Assembly (NCBI RefSeq): GCF_009914755.1
Contig: NC_060939.1
Origin: the human T2T-CHM13v2.0 reference genome, Homo sapiens
Direction: 5' to 3' (one strand)
DNA length: 64,000 nt
A program made the translations under genes and the position numbers. Positions 1 through 24,149 of this stretch are shown here, piece by piece; positions within the stretch are counted from its first letter, which is position 1, and each line of letters begins with the position of its first letter. The notes under the pieces are model-generated. The model saw only the letters and a program-made list of their open reading frames with translations. It was not told the origin of the DNA and made no database searches.

Positions 1-4100
<4,100 letters not shown>

Positions 4101-5084
4101 GAGCCTGTGATGGAGTGGTGTGTGATAAGCTTCTTCTCCTAAAGCAGGGGCCGGGCAGTAGGAATGCAAGGGGACCTGCCACTTGTTTACAGGTACCTAG
4201 ACCTGCTGGTCACCTTTAGGAAAGAGCCCAATGCAGTTGGGGATCTGGAAACTGATTCCCTTAAAATAATTTCTACCCTCTGTCACTTGGGAGACCCTTT
4301 CATACCCCTAAGGATGTGTGAACCCCTGTTCGAGGACCCCTGGTTTGAGGATGCTCTCATTTCTGACCTAGACAAGTGAGGCCACTGGGCCTGCAGTCCT
4401 GAGGGCGGTGGGGGGATGAAAGAGAGCAGCTTGGCTAGAAGCTCCCTCAGTGAGAGAGGGATGACAGTAGCAGGGAGGGGATACTTTTTGAGAATTGGGG
4501 CGATTCAGGTAGGTTTAGACACATGCAGAAGGGAGCCAAACATGAAGGAGAAGAAAGAAGGGCGTGGAGAGCTGTTCTGAACAGGCCAAGGGTCTTCTTT
4601 CCTCAGCATATTTTAATGGAAGCCAACAACTGTGCTAGGCCCTGTGCCAGGAAGTGGTGTGCTAGAGACACTTTTCCCTGTCTGGTGAGAATTAGAGAAG
4701 ACAGGGGCCTGGTCCTGGCAAGGGGAGGAGTATCAGGGAAGCCATTCTAGAGGGAGCAAATCCTCAACACCAGACACTCTAATGTCCAAATGGGTGTGGT
4801 GCATTTTGGAAACATCCTTAGATCAGCGTGACTGGGGCTCTGAGCAATGAAAACAGATGGAATTTAACTGGGGATGGGGCAAAGGACTGCTAGGTTTTCT
4901 TTCTTAGTAAGTCTTTTTTTTTTTTTTTTTTTTTTTTGAGACAGCAGGCTCACTCTGTCACATAGGCTGGAGTGCAGTGGCACAATCTCAGCTCACTGCA
5001 ACCTCTGCTTAGCGATTCTTCAGGCTCAGCCTCCCGAGTAGCTGGGACTACAGGTGTGCACCACCATGTCTGGCCAGAATGCCA

Positions 5085-8466
<3,382 letters not shown>

Positions 8467-8478
8467 TGTAAATTTTAA

Positions 8479-8718
<240 letters not shown>

Positions 8719-9419
8719 TAACTTGTATAGAGCATTTTGTATTGAGGCACAGCTTTGGGTGATTTGCATAATATGCTATTATACTCACAATACTCACCTT
8801 ACAAATATAGAAACTGAGACATGAGAGAGCTCATTCATGCAACTTTTAACAACTGTTTATGAGTGAGTTAGTGAGTGTCCTGGAAGAGTGTGCCCATGGT
8901 CTGGGCTCCTCCACGGAGTGCCCTGCAGTTGTCTCATGTGCCACTGTCCAGGTTGAGCTCAATCAAGTGACCCCACCCCTCTTCACCGGGATCCTCCTCC
9001 TTGACCATTATGTCACTGCCATCATCTGCCAGGTCTCCCCAGGAGTCATCCTGCACTCTTCTGTCACTTCTCAAATCTAACTTGACACCAAGTCCTGGGG
9101 GCCCTTCTTCGGAAAGTTCTCCCCAGCCTATGTTCTTTCTCCTGTTTGGGTCCTCACTGCTTCTCCTTTGCCTCTGCTCGGGTCTCATCTGCTCTGAGGG
9201 GATCTCCACCTAAGCCACCACCCATTTTTCCAGAACCCACATCATATACTCTCTCAACCCCAACCAAAACCTTCCCATGGCGCATTGAATAACTTTGCAA
9301 CCTGGCCACAGCCCGCCTCATTCCCTCCACTCCCTAGCACTCCACCGTTGTACCCCAAAATCACACTGCTTGCAGGCCATTGCTGTTTTCTTTTCCTTTC
9401 CTTTCCTTTTTCCTTCCTT

Positions 9420-9727
<308 letters not shown>

Positions 9728-9770
9728 TGCTCTTGGTTTTCTTGAGGACTGCATAATACCTTCTCTTTTT

Positions 9771-10598
9771 GCCCTTAGAGGTCCTACATGCTCTTCAAGT
9801 CTTAGGTCAAATTCAACTGCTTTCTTACACAGATCCTCTCTCTCATTGGCTTAGCAGTCACCTGTTACCTGTCTCATGGTAACTGCTACAATGACTCTGA
9901 GGACTAGAGGCTGGTGCGTATGTCTCTAGCTGTGAGTTCCCTAAGGCACCTCTGTATCTTCATGCTCAGAAATCACTGGGTTATTTCCTGCAGTTTCTAT
10001 CAAAGCAAAATGTCCACACTGCATCATTAGGGGCCCCCAAGTGGCCAGAATAAGAAAAGCCAGCTGGGCGCAGTGGCTCGCACCTGTAATCCCAGCTACT
10101 GGGAAGGCTGAGACAGGAGAATGGTTTGAGCCCAGGTGTTTAGATGAGCTATGATCACATCACTGCACTCCAGCCTGGGTGACAGAGCAAGATCCCATCT
10201 CTAAAAAGAGTTCTGAGGGATCCAGAGAGGCTTCAGGAAGGAGGAGGACTTGAGAGAGACTGTCAGATGAAAGTCACATTTAGAGTTTATTAAGCACATG
10301 CTCCATGTTGGGCATTATACTATAGCAGTGAGCTTTCACGTGGATCCCTCATTTACTTCTCAGCACAGACCTACTAGGTAGGTATTTGTCTCTGTAGATG
10401 AGGAAACTGAAGCTAAGAGCATCAACTGTGCAGTGTCACAGCTAGCAAGTGGCTGGGCAGGGATAAGAGATACAGCTTGCCCTTGGAGATCATACATGCA
10501 CTTCAAGTCTTGGGTCAAATTCAGCTGCTTTCATACAGGAATCCTCTCTTTTGATGCCCTAGCAGTCATCCCTTACCTGTCTCATTGCAACTGCCACA
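9771..10598 (+). repeat. Diverged direct repeat, 120 bp x2 (9771-9890 and 10479-10598)
   Basis: Ungapped manual alignment gives 98/120 identical at offset 708. Confidence 0.85.
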
Positions 10599-12129
10599 CT
10601 TGATTCTGTGGCTCTCAAAGAATCCAAAGTCCAGCCTAAGAACTGAAGAATGAGTAGGTGGAAATGCACTGTGGTAATCAACGCATAAGGGAGACTGTAC
10701 TGAGTCTGCCACAAACAGGGTCCACCCAGGCCTATCCCATACATCCCGGAGAGCCATGGAGCCCAACAATGGGGTGCTGGGGTCCCTGAGGCTGTAGCTG
10801 GAAGTACTCTGTGTCCCTAAGGCAGCACTCCTATGCTGACCTCCAACTGCTAATGGGCTCTGTGCAGCAGGGACAACCCTCTGCACAGTCCAGACCTGAG
10901 GGCAGATGGCAGGTGACCTGGGGGTGAAGTGTTATGTATGGAGCAGGGCAGCTCCCTGTCTGGGATCACTTTTCTTAGAGGAAGCCTCCTGCCTATTGTC
11001 CTGCTCCTGCACTTCCCTCCTGGGACCTGGCAACCTCAGGTGGGAAGGCTGCATTGAGGCTGCAGGCTTGGTCAAGAGAAGCAGGACCCTGGTGCGAAGG
11101 GAAATGAGCCTGGACAGCATACTTGTCACCTGCCCCAGGACTAGTGCCCCTCCAAGCCAGAGAGCCCAGATAGCCCTCAGTGGGGCTGGTGAGAGTCACA
11201 GTTCTCCGCACGTGGCCAGGAAGTTGAGCAAGAGTAACCCAACCACATAAGGTATGGTGCAAACCTGGAAACTTCTGAGAGCAAAGGGATGCTCTTAGTT
11301 GTTAGGCGGGGGCCGCCCAGCAGAGCCAGGACGGTGGCGACCCTAGTCCAGAGCCTTCCACTTTAGCAAGGTAGAATCCAAGGGCCCCAGAAGGGAACAG
11401 ACTCCATCTGGGTCGCCTAAGCAGGTGAGAGAGGAAAACCCAACCACAGTCGCGCCCCAGCCCTCGCAGGTCCCTGGCTGAGGACTCCCCTCTCCACCTC
11501 AGGCTGGGCGGCCCCCGCCTTCACGCTTGCTCCCACTTGTCCCTCGTTCTTGCTAGGCTTGGCAGGTATTTGTTCCCTGCTCCTTCACGCTCTCAGTGCC
11601 GTGGCCACGTCGCTGGGTACGCCCCACCAGGCAAGAGACATTTTCCGTCTTGTTCTCTGCCACGTCCCCAGAGCCTGGAACAGTGCTTGGCACAGAGTGG
11701 ACGCTCATTCGTGGAGTAAGTGCCTGATGGATAATCCATCACTTGCTTTTCTAGTATGAATGGTCTATTTACGGGTCCAGCGCCCCTGCTGGCTTACGAC
11801 CTTTTCCAGGGCGGGGAGGGGCTGTCCTCATCTCTGTGACCCCAGCGCCCAGCCCAAGGCCTGGCACAGAGTAAGTGCTCAACCACATTTTGGTGAATGA
11901 GTGAATGGAAGCGGCCCAGCAACCCTGAGCCAAGGAGCCACTGTGGGGCAGGTCAGGGCGGTTCCTGGCACAGGGCTTCCCACTAGCCTGGCCACCAGCT
12001 CTGCGGTCTCCTGGAAGCTGGGGGGCCTTTGGGTAAGGGAGAAGAGTGGCCAGGAGTTGTCTGCGTGTGCCCTGTGACGGTGGGATAGAGACAGCGATTG
12101 GATTGAGGAACGGGAGGTTCCCCGAGGCT

Positions 12130-13080
12130 GTTTAGAGAGGCGGGAGCGGGAGCTGGTCAGGGAGGCTGGACAGACCACCCGAGGGAGCGGAGCTTGGGCA
12201 CGAAAGCCAAAACTGGGCGGCGCGGGGCGGGTGGGGAAGGCCGGCTGAGAAAGCCGGGATTGCCTCCTGGTGTCAAAGCTCGGAACTGCAGCAGGATCCT
12301 GGGGGCGGGGCTTGTGTTCAGCAGCACTCGCCACGCGCCCAGCCCTCAGCCCTCGTCTCGCCTTCTGCTGGCTGGCCCGGCGACGTTGTGCGCCAGCGTA
12401 CGCGGGGCTCTGAGAACCCGGAAGTTACGTTTTAGGCCCGCGTCACGGGGGCGGGAGTCAGCTGAGCTGCCGGGGCGAGGTTGGGATCACCTGGCACCGG
12501 CTGAAGGGAGCCTGTGATTTTTTTGTAGCGGGGGCGGGGAGTAAGGTGCAAGACTGCGCCAGATTCAAGGACGAGGGCTGCCCGATTATCTCGCTGCATA
12601 AGGCAAGAGCAAGAGGATCCTCAGGATTTTAAAGAGGAGGCGACGGCTGCAGGTTCCCAGGATCTGTCAGAGGCTGGGGAGTTACAGCTTCCATTCTGGG
12701 GCGACGGGGACCCCGGGGGGGTAGCCCTTTTGTAATCCCCAGGCCCCGGACAAAGAGCCCAGAGGCCGGGCACCATGGCGTCCATCCTGGATGAGTACGA
12801 GAACTCGCTGTCCCGCTCGGCCGTCTTGCAGCCCGGCTGCCCTAGCGTGGGCATCCCCCACTCGGGTAAGGAAGAGGAGGGTGCCGCTGCCCCTTTCGGC
12901 TCTCCTAGCATTTGCGTGGGAGCAGCGAGGAGGGCAGCTCCAAGAGCTCGGGGTCATCCCCTGGGCCGTGCCTTCCGGGTCTAGGCCCCTGATTCTCCTC
13001 AGGCTCTCTTGGCCCCCAGCTGGTGGATAGTCGAAGTTTGAAAGAGCAACGGGAGCTGCCGCGTGATCTAGGCTCTACCG
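12130..13080 (+). promoter_or_regulatory. VPS18: VPS18 CpG-island, TATA-less promoter and 5'UTR
   Basis: High CpG density. ETS/GABPA CCGGAAGT at 12418-12425, CGTCACG at 12441-12447, several GGGGCGGG boxes. No ATG between about 12450 and the strong-Kozak GCACCATGG start at 12775. Confidence 0.85.
12775..12865 (+). CDS. VPS18: VPS18 coding exon 1 (MASILDEYENSLSRSAVLQPGCPSVGIPHS)
   Basis: Kozak ATG at 12775; donor G|gtaagg; 91 nt, phase 1. Confidence 0.97.
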
Positions 13081-13943
13081 CTAGGGTCCTTTTGAGAGGG
13101 AATTGGGGCCCAGATAAGGAATTACTCACCTACAGGGCGCAGTTGGGCTGTTGGGAGAACTTAGAATGGGCTCCCGGCTTCTGCTGATGCTTTTCCCACC
13201 AGGCCCCTTCTGGAGGTGGGAGGGAAGGAATGGACAAAGAAAGTGGTGAAGGCGGAGTATTGCAGAGGAAGAAGGGAGGGTCCCAGAGGGAATTTTGTCG
13301 CTGAACGGGGAAAATGGAGATGAAATCTTTTTGGCCTTGGCTATAGCTGGGTGCAGCCTGGAGTTTGGGGACGTTTTTGTAGAAAGTAGTGAGTCTCCAG
13401 GAGAATGAGGGCATAGGGAGCCCTGGGGAACTGTTCCAGTGAGTGGAGTTAACGAATTGGAGCTGCTTTCACTCTAGTCTTTACCTTCATTCAATGCTCA
13501 AAATATCCCAGCACTTGCCAACTCTACACTGAGGCTCATTACCGCATGGGCAGGGAGGGGGGCAGAGAATGGGGCTATACTACTTCAGTTAAGCTGGGAT
13601 TGCTGGGCCAAAGACCTGATAAGGGAGAATACCCAGACCACCAGTCCCGTCCCACCTCCACGCAGCCCCATTACCAGTGGGAGCAGGTATATCATGCTGT
13701 GACAGCATCTTAAGGGTTCAAAGAATCAACCCCTCACTGCTGTCAGAGTGTGGAAAGAGCTCCAGACCTCTATTGTAAAGGTGACCAGCAAACGACTTGA
13801 TATCAAACTATTTGTTAACCAAGGTCCTGGGGATAGGAATATGTCAGGAAAGTGGCGAGGAGCACTGTGGTGTTTTTTCTGCCTCTCCTTGCCCTTCACC
13901 TGTCTCTTCCACAGCTAATCTTCTTGTCATTCCTTACCTGTAG

Positions 13944-14085
13944 GGTATGTGAATGCCCAGCTGGAGAAGGAAGTGCCCATCTTCACAAAGCAGCGCATTG
14001 ACTTCACCCCTTCCGAGCGCATTACCAGTCTTGTCGTCTCCAGCAATCAGCTGTGCATGAGCCTGGGCAAGGATACACTGCTCCG
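13944..14085 (+). CDS. VPS18: VPS18 exon 2 (GYVNAQLEKEVPIF...KDTLLR)
   Basis: Acceptor cctgtag|; donor CG|gtaatc; 142 nt; reading frame continuous with exon 1. Confidence 0.96.
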
Positions 14086-14213
14086 GTAATCAAGAGCTCA
14101 CAGAGCTTAGGAGTAGGGACTAGAGAGGTGTTTGGGGACTGTTAACTCACTGGGCCTTTCTTCTATTCCAGGCAAGTAAAGCAGTGAATTTGGAGTTTTC
14201 AGGAAATATCCTA

Positions 14214-16778
<2,565 letters not shown>

Positions 16779-16912
16779 GTATTCAGCATTTTATGCATAG
16801 ATGTATATTTCAGGGAAGTAAGTCTATGGCTTTTATCAGATTATTAAAGAAGATCATGATCCAAAAAAGGATCTTCCCTTCTCTAAAGTGATGGTGACGC
16901 TTGTCCCCACAG

Positions 16913-17004
16913 CATTGACTTGGGCAAGGCAAATGAGCCCAACCACGTGGAGCTGGGACGTAAGGATGACGCAAAAGTTCACAAGATGTTCCTTGACCAT
17001 ACTG
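16913..17004 (+). CDS. VPS18: VPS18 exon 3 (IDLGKANEPNHVELG...FLDHT)
   Basis: Acceptor ccccacag|; donor G|gtaagt; 92 nt. Confidence 0.96.
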
Positions 17005-17149
17005 GTAAGTAACAGTGGAGATCTGAGGAGGGGGTCTCTGGTCAGTCACTGCCTGGGTGGGTGGGCTCTGAGGGTGGTGTGGGGGCCAGGAGGAGGCTGA
17101 GGATGGGAACGGCAGCATCCACTGGGGCGCCATGCTCTCCCCACTCCAG

Positions 17150-19020
17150 GCTCTCACCTGCTGATTGCCCTGAGCAGCACGGAGGTCCTCTACGTGAACC
17201 GAAATGGACAGAAGGTACGGCCACTAGCACGCTGGAAGGGGCAGCTGGTGGAGAGTGTGGGTTGGAACAAGGCACTGGGCACGGAGAGCAGCACAGGCCC
17301 CATCCTGGTCGGGACTGCCCAAGGCCACATCTTTGAAGCAGAGCTCTCAGCCAGCGAAGGTGGGCTTTTCGGCCCTGCTCCGGATCTCTACTTCCGCCCA
17401 TTGTACGTGCTAAATGAAGAAGGGGGTCCAGCACCTGTGTGCTCCCTTGAGGCCGAGCGGGGCCCTGATGGGCGTAGCTTTGTTATTGCCACCACTCGGC
17501 AGCGCCTCTTCCAGTTCATAGGCCGAGCAGCAGAGGGGGCTGAGGCCCAGGGTTTCTCAGGGCTCTTTGCAGCTTACACGGACCACCCACCCCCATTCCG
17601 TGAGTTTCCCAGCAACCTGGGCTACAGTGAGTTGGCCTTCTACACCCCCAAGCTGCGCTCCGCACCCCGGGCCTTCGCCTGGATGATGGGGGATGGTGTG
17701 TTGTATGGGGCATTGGACTGTGGGCGCCCTGACTCTCTGCTGAGCGAGGAGCGAGTCTGGGAGTACCCAGAGGGGGTAGGGCCTGGGGCCAGCCCACCCC
17801 TAGCCATCGTCTTGACCCAGTTCCACTTCCTGCTGCTACTGGCAGACCGGGTGGAGGCAGTGTGCACACTGACCGGGCAGGTGGTGCTGCGGGATCACTT
17901 CCTGGAGAAATTTGGGCCGCTGAAGCACATGGTGAAGGACTCCTCCACAGGCCAGCTGTGGGCCTACACTGAGCGGGCTGTCTTCCGCTACCACGTGCAA
18001 CGGGAGGCCCGAGATGTCTGGCGCACCTATCTGGACATGAACCGCTTCGATCTGGCCAAAGAGTATTGTCGAGAGCGGCCCGACTGCCTGGACACGGTCC
18101 TGGCCCGGGAGGCCGATTTCTGCTTTCGCCAGCGTCGCTACCTGGAGAGCGCACGCTGCTATGCCCTGACCCAGAGCTACTTTGAGGAGATTGCCCTCAA
18201 GTTCCTGGAGGCCCGACAGGAGGAGGCTCTGGCTGAGTTCCTGCAGCGAAAACTGGCCAGTTTGAAGCCAGCCGAACGTACCCAGGCCACACTGCTGACC
18301 ACCTGGCTGACAGAGCTCTACCTGAGCCGGCTTGGGGCTCTGCAGGGCGACCCAGAGGCCCTGACTCTCTACCGAGAAACCAAGGAATGCTTTCGAACCT
18401 TCCTCAGCAGCCCCCGCCACAAAGAGTGGCTCTTTGCCAGCCGGGCCTCTATCCATGAGCTGCTCGCCAGTCATGGGGACACAGAACACATGGTGTACTT
18501 TGCAGTGATCATGCAGGACTATGAGCGGGTGGTGGCTTACCACTGTCAGCACGAGGCCTACGAGGAGGCCCTGGCCGTGCTCGCCCGCCACCGTGACCCC
18601 CAGCTCTTCTACAAGTTCTCACCCATCCTCATCCGTCACATCCCCCGCCAGCTTGTAGATGCCTGGATTGAGATGGGCAGCCGGCTGGATGCTCGTCAGC
18701 TCATTCCTGCCCTGGTGAACTACAGCCAGGGTGGTGAGGTCCAGCAGGTGAGCCAGGCCATCCGCTACATGGAGTTCTGCGTGAACGTGCTGGGGGAGAC
18801 TGAGCAGGCCATCCACAACTACCTGCTGTCACTGTATGCCCGTGGCCGGCCGGACTCACTACTGGCCTATCTGGAGCAGGCTGGGGCCAGCCCCCACCGG
18901 GTGCATTACGACCTCAAGTATGCGCTGCGGCTCTGCGCCGAGCATGGCCACCACCGCGCTTGTGTCCATGTCTACAAGGTCCTAGAGCTGTATGAGGAGG
19001 CCGTGGACCTGGCCCTGCAG
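17150..19020 (+). CDS. VPS18: VPS18 exon 4, 1871 nt (beta-propeller/Pep3-Vps18 region and alpha-solenoid with clathrin-heavy-chain-like repeat)
   Basis: Acceptor actccag|; donor CAG|gtaagc; lies within ORF 17194-19194; cumulative CDS is 732 codons. Confidence 0.97.
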
Positions 19021-19149
19021 GTAAGCCAGTACGTCTTGACCCCAGCTGGGAGAGGGACCCAAAGAGCAGTAGCTTTAGATGCGGAAGGGCTTGGGGGGCC
19101 ATGGCTAGAGGGTGCTGGCTTCCTTTGCAGAGAGGGAAGGTTAAGAGCA

Positions 19150-20418
<1,269 letters not shown>

Positions 20419-20621
20419 TCCCCGGTGATTTCTAACTTCACTAAAATTGGAGCCCTACTACTCTAAGTAGCTTTTACATAGCTGTGGCAGCGGCAGGCCC
20501 CCTTGCTTCCAGGAGTGCTGGGAATCCTGCCTCGGGGCCTCTCCTCGGCCATCTCTCTCTCCCATAGTCTCCATGTTGGGCAGGGAGGGGCTTGGCCCTA
20601 AAGCCCATGCTCTCCCCACAG

Positions 20622-21347
20622 GTGGATGTGGACCTGGCCAAGCAGTGTGCAGACCTGCCTGAGGAGGATGAGGAATTGCGCAAGAAGCTGTGGCTGAAGA
20701 TCGCACGGCACGTGGTGCAGGAAGAGGAAGATGTACAGACAGCCATGGCTTGCCTGGCTAGCTGCCCCTTGCTCAAGATTGAGGATGTGCTGCCCTTCTT
20801 TCCTGATTTCGTCACCATCGACCACTTCAAGGAGGCGATCTGCAGCTCACTTAAGGCCTACAACCACCACATCCAGGAGCTGCAGCGGGAGATGGAAGAG
20901 GCTACAGCCAGTGCCCAGCGCATCCGGCGAGACCTGCAGGAGCTGCGGGGCCGCTACGGCACTGTGGAGCCCCAGGACAAATGTGCCACCTGCGACTTCC
21001 CCCTGCTCAACCGCCCTTTTTACCTCTTCCTCTGTGGCCATATGTTCCATGCTGACTGCCTGCTGCAGGCTGTGCGACCTGGCCTGCCAGCCTACAAGCA
21101 GGCCCGGCTGGAGGAGCTGCAGAGGAAGCTGGGGGCTGCTCCACCCCCAGCCAAGGGCTCTGCCCGGGCCAAGGAGGCCGAGGGTGGGGCTGCCACGGCA
21201 GGGCCCAGCCGGGAACAGCTCAAGGCTGACCTGGATGAGTTGGTGGCCGCTGAGTGTGTGTACTGTGGGGAGCTGATGATCCGCTCTATCGACCGGCCGT
21301 TCATCGACCCCCAGCGCTACGAGGAGGAGCAGCTCAGTTGGCTGTAG
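20622..21347 (+). CDS. VPS18: VPS18 exon 5 coding part (coiled coil and C-terminal RING-H2: CATC...CGHMFHADC...long insert...CVYC), stop TAG
   Basis: Acceptor ccccacag|GTG. Spliced CDS totals 973 codons plus stop, the known length of human VPS18. Confidence 0.97.
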   Translation: MDVDLAKQCADLPEEDEELRKKLWLKIARHVVQEEEDVQTAMACLASCPLLKIEDVLPFFPDFVTIDHFKEAICSSLKAYNHHIQELQREMEEATASAQRIRRDLQELRGRYGTVEPQDKCATCDFPLLNRPFYLFLCGHMFHADCLLQAVRPGLPAYKQARLEELQRKLGAAPPPAKGSARAKEAEGGAATAGPSREQLKADLDELVAAECVYCGELMIRSIDRPFIDPQRYEEEQLSWL

Positions 21348-21961
21348 GAGGGTGTCACCTTTGATGGGGGGTGGGCAATGGGGAGCAGTGGCTTGAACCC
21401 ACTTGAGAAGGCTGCCTCCTAGGCTCTGCTCAGTCATCTTGCAATTGCCACACTGTGACCACGTTGACGGGAGTAGAGTAGCGCTGTTGGCCAGGAGGTG
21501 TCAGGTGTGAGTGTATTCTGCCAGCTTTTCATGCTGTTCTTCAGAGCTGCAGTTATGCCAGACCATCAGCCTGCCTCCCAGTAGAGGCCCTTCACCTGGA
21601 GAAGTCAGAAATCTGACCCAATTCCACCCCCTGCCTCTAGCACCTCTTCTGTCCCTGTCATTCCCCACACACGTCCTGTTCACCTCGAGAGAGAGAGAGA
21701 GAGAGCACCTTTCTTCCGTCTGTTCACTCTGCGGCCTCTGGAATCCCAGCTCTTCTCTCTCAGAAGAAGCCTTCTCTTCCTCCTGCCTGTAGGTGTCCCA
21801 GAAGTGAGAAGGCAGCCTTCGAAGTCCTGGGCATTGGGTGAGAAAGTGATGCTAGTTGGGGCATGCTTTTGTGCACACTCTCTGGGGCTCCAGTGTGAAG
21901 GGTGCCCTGGGGCTGAGGGCCTTGTGGAGGATGGTCGGTGGTGGTGATGGAGGTGGAGAGC

Positions 21962-21967
21962 ATTAAA
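21962..21967 (+). terminator. VPS18: VPS18 polyadenylation signal ATTAAA (3'UTR about 21348-21985)
   Basis: First canonical-type hexamer after the stop, followed by GU-rich ggtggctttgtgtcg. Confidence 0.75.
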
Positions 21968-22312
21968 CTGTCTGCACTGCACTGGTGGCTTTGTGTCGAT
22001 GCTGGGCCGAGCGGTGTGTGAGTGATCTCCAGGCGGGGCTGGAGTGTCACAGGGAGGCTGCCAGGCCCTACATGCCCCCACACCTTGGCACGCAGTCCTT
22101 CACCTTGTCCGCCAACTCTGCCTCTCCAGGGCTCATTGGGGATTGCAGCCAACCAACCTGAATTGTGAAGCAGGGGCTGTTCTTCCCTTTGGCCAGCAGA
22201 TGGTGCTGCTCCCCACAGAATCCTTGGCTTTCCGGCAGCTGGGAGCAGTGATTTCTGTCACTCTATTAGTGCTTGCTTCCTCCCTACTTGTCGCAAGAAT
22301 TTTCTTGGAGTC

Positions 22313-22772
<460 letters not shown>

Positions 22773-22949
22773 TTAACCACAACGTTGAGGCCCAGCATGA
22801 AGGTGAGACTGCTGTGGCCTGTATCCATGGCATTTGGCAGACATGTTTTCTCATCTTGCTCCTGTGACCTGCTCCTCCCCACAAATTACACATCTTTAGT
22901 TGTGGCTAAATCCTAGGGAGTCCTGGAATGGGGTCTCCCCGTGACATCA

Positions 22950-23587
<638 letters not shown>

Positions 23588-24149
23588 TGAACTTTGCTGC
23601 AGAATTCCCTAACCACTAAAACAAGAGGATCTCTTCATGGACTCTGTTAGCTGAGAGGGCTGGAAGCTGCCCATTTTTGATGACCCCTCAGACTCCCGTC
23701 TTCCTCCAGAAGCAGAAGTGGGAGCAGATGTGGGGGAGGGGTCCCATTGAGTAGAGGGCATCCTAATTCTGTTCTTCGCACTGTCCCAGGAGGTTTGGAG
23801 GGCTCCTGCTTCCTTCTCCCCATGTGGCCTAGGCTCCCCTTACACCTACCATAGTCATCTGAGGGCTCAGGGTCTTTGTCCCCTGACAGTGAGTATAAAG
23901 CTTTAGCCTACCTCTGAAGGGGTCACTTTCTTAGAGAAAACAGACTGGGGCCTCTGTCTTTGCACATAATGGGTGCCTAATACTTGTTAGTTAAACAAAC
24001 ACTGCCCTATTGCTCCCTGCTCCCAGAGGGCTTGGCTAAAGCAGCTTGGGACACCCCTGCCCCTTCTGTCTTCTCCTAAGCCAGCCCATCTGGTCCTAGG
24101 CTGCTTCCTCTTTCCTGGGAAAAGGCCCCAGGCTTCCCTGGCAGGGACA

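Noticed and set aside
17516-18816. Minus-strand ORFs of 212 and 251 aa
   Set aside because: Antisense shadows of the GC-rich VPS18 exon 4; no domain-like content.
20731-21276. 181-aa alternative-frame ATG ORF inside VPS18 exon 5
   Set aside because: Deep in the mRNA with low-complexity R/S/P composition; expected by-product of GC-rich codon usage.
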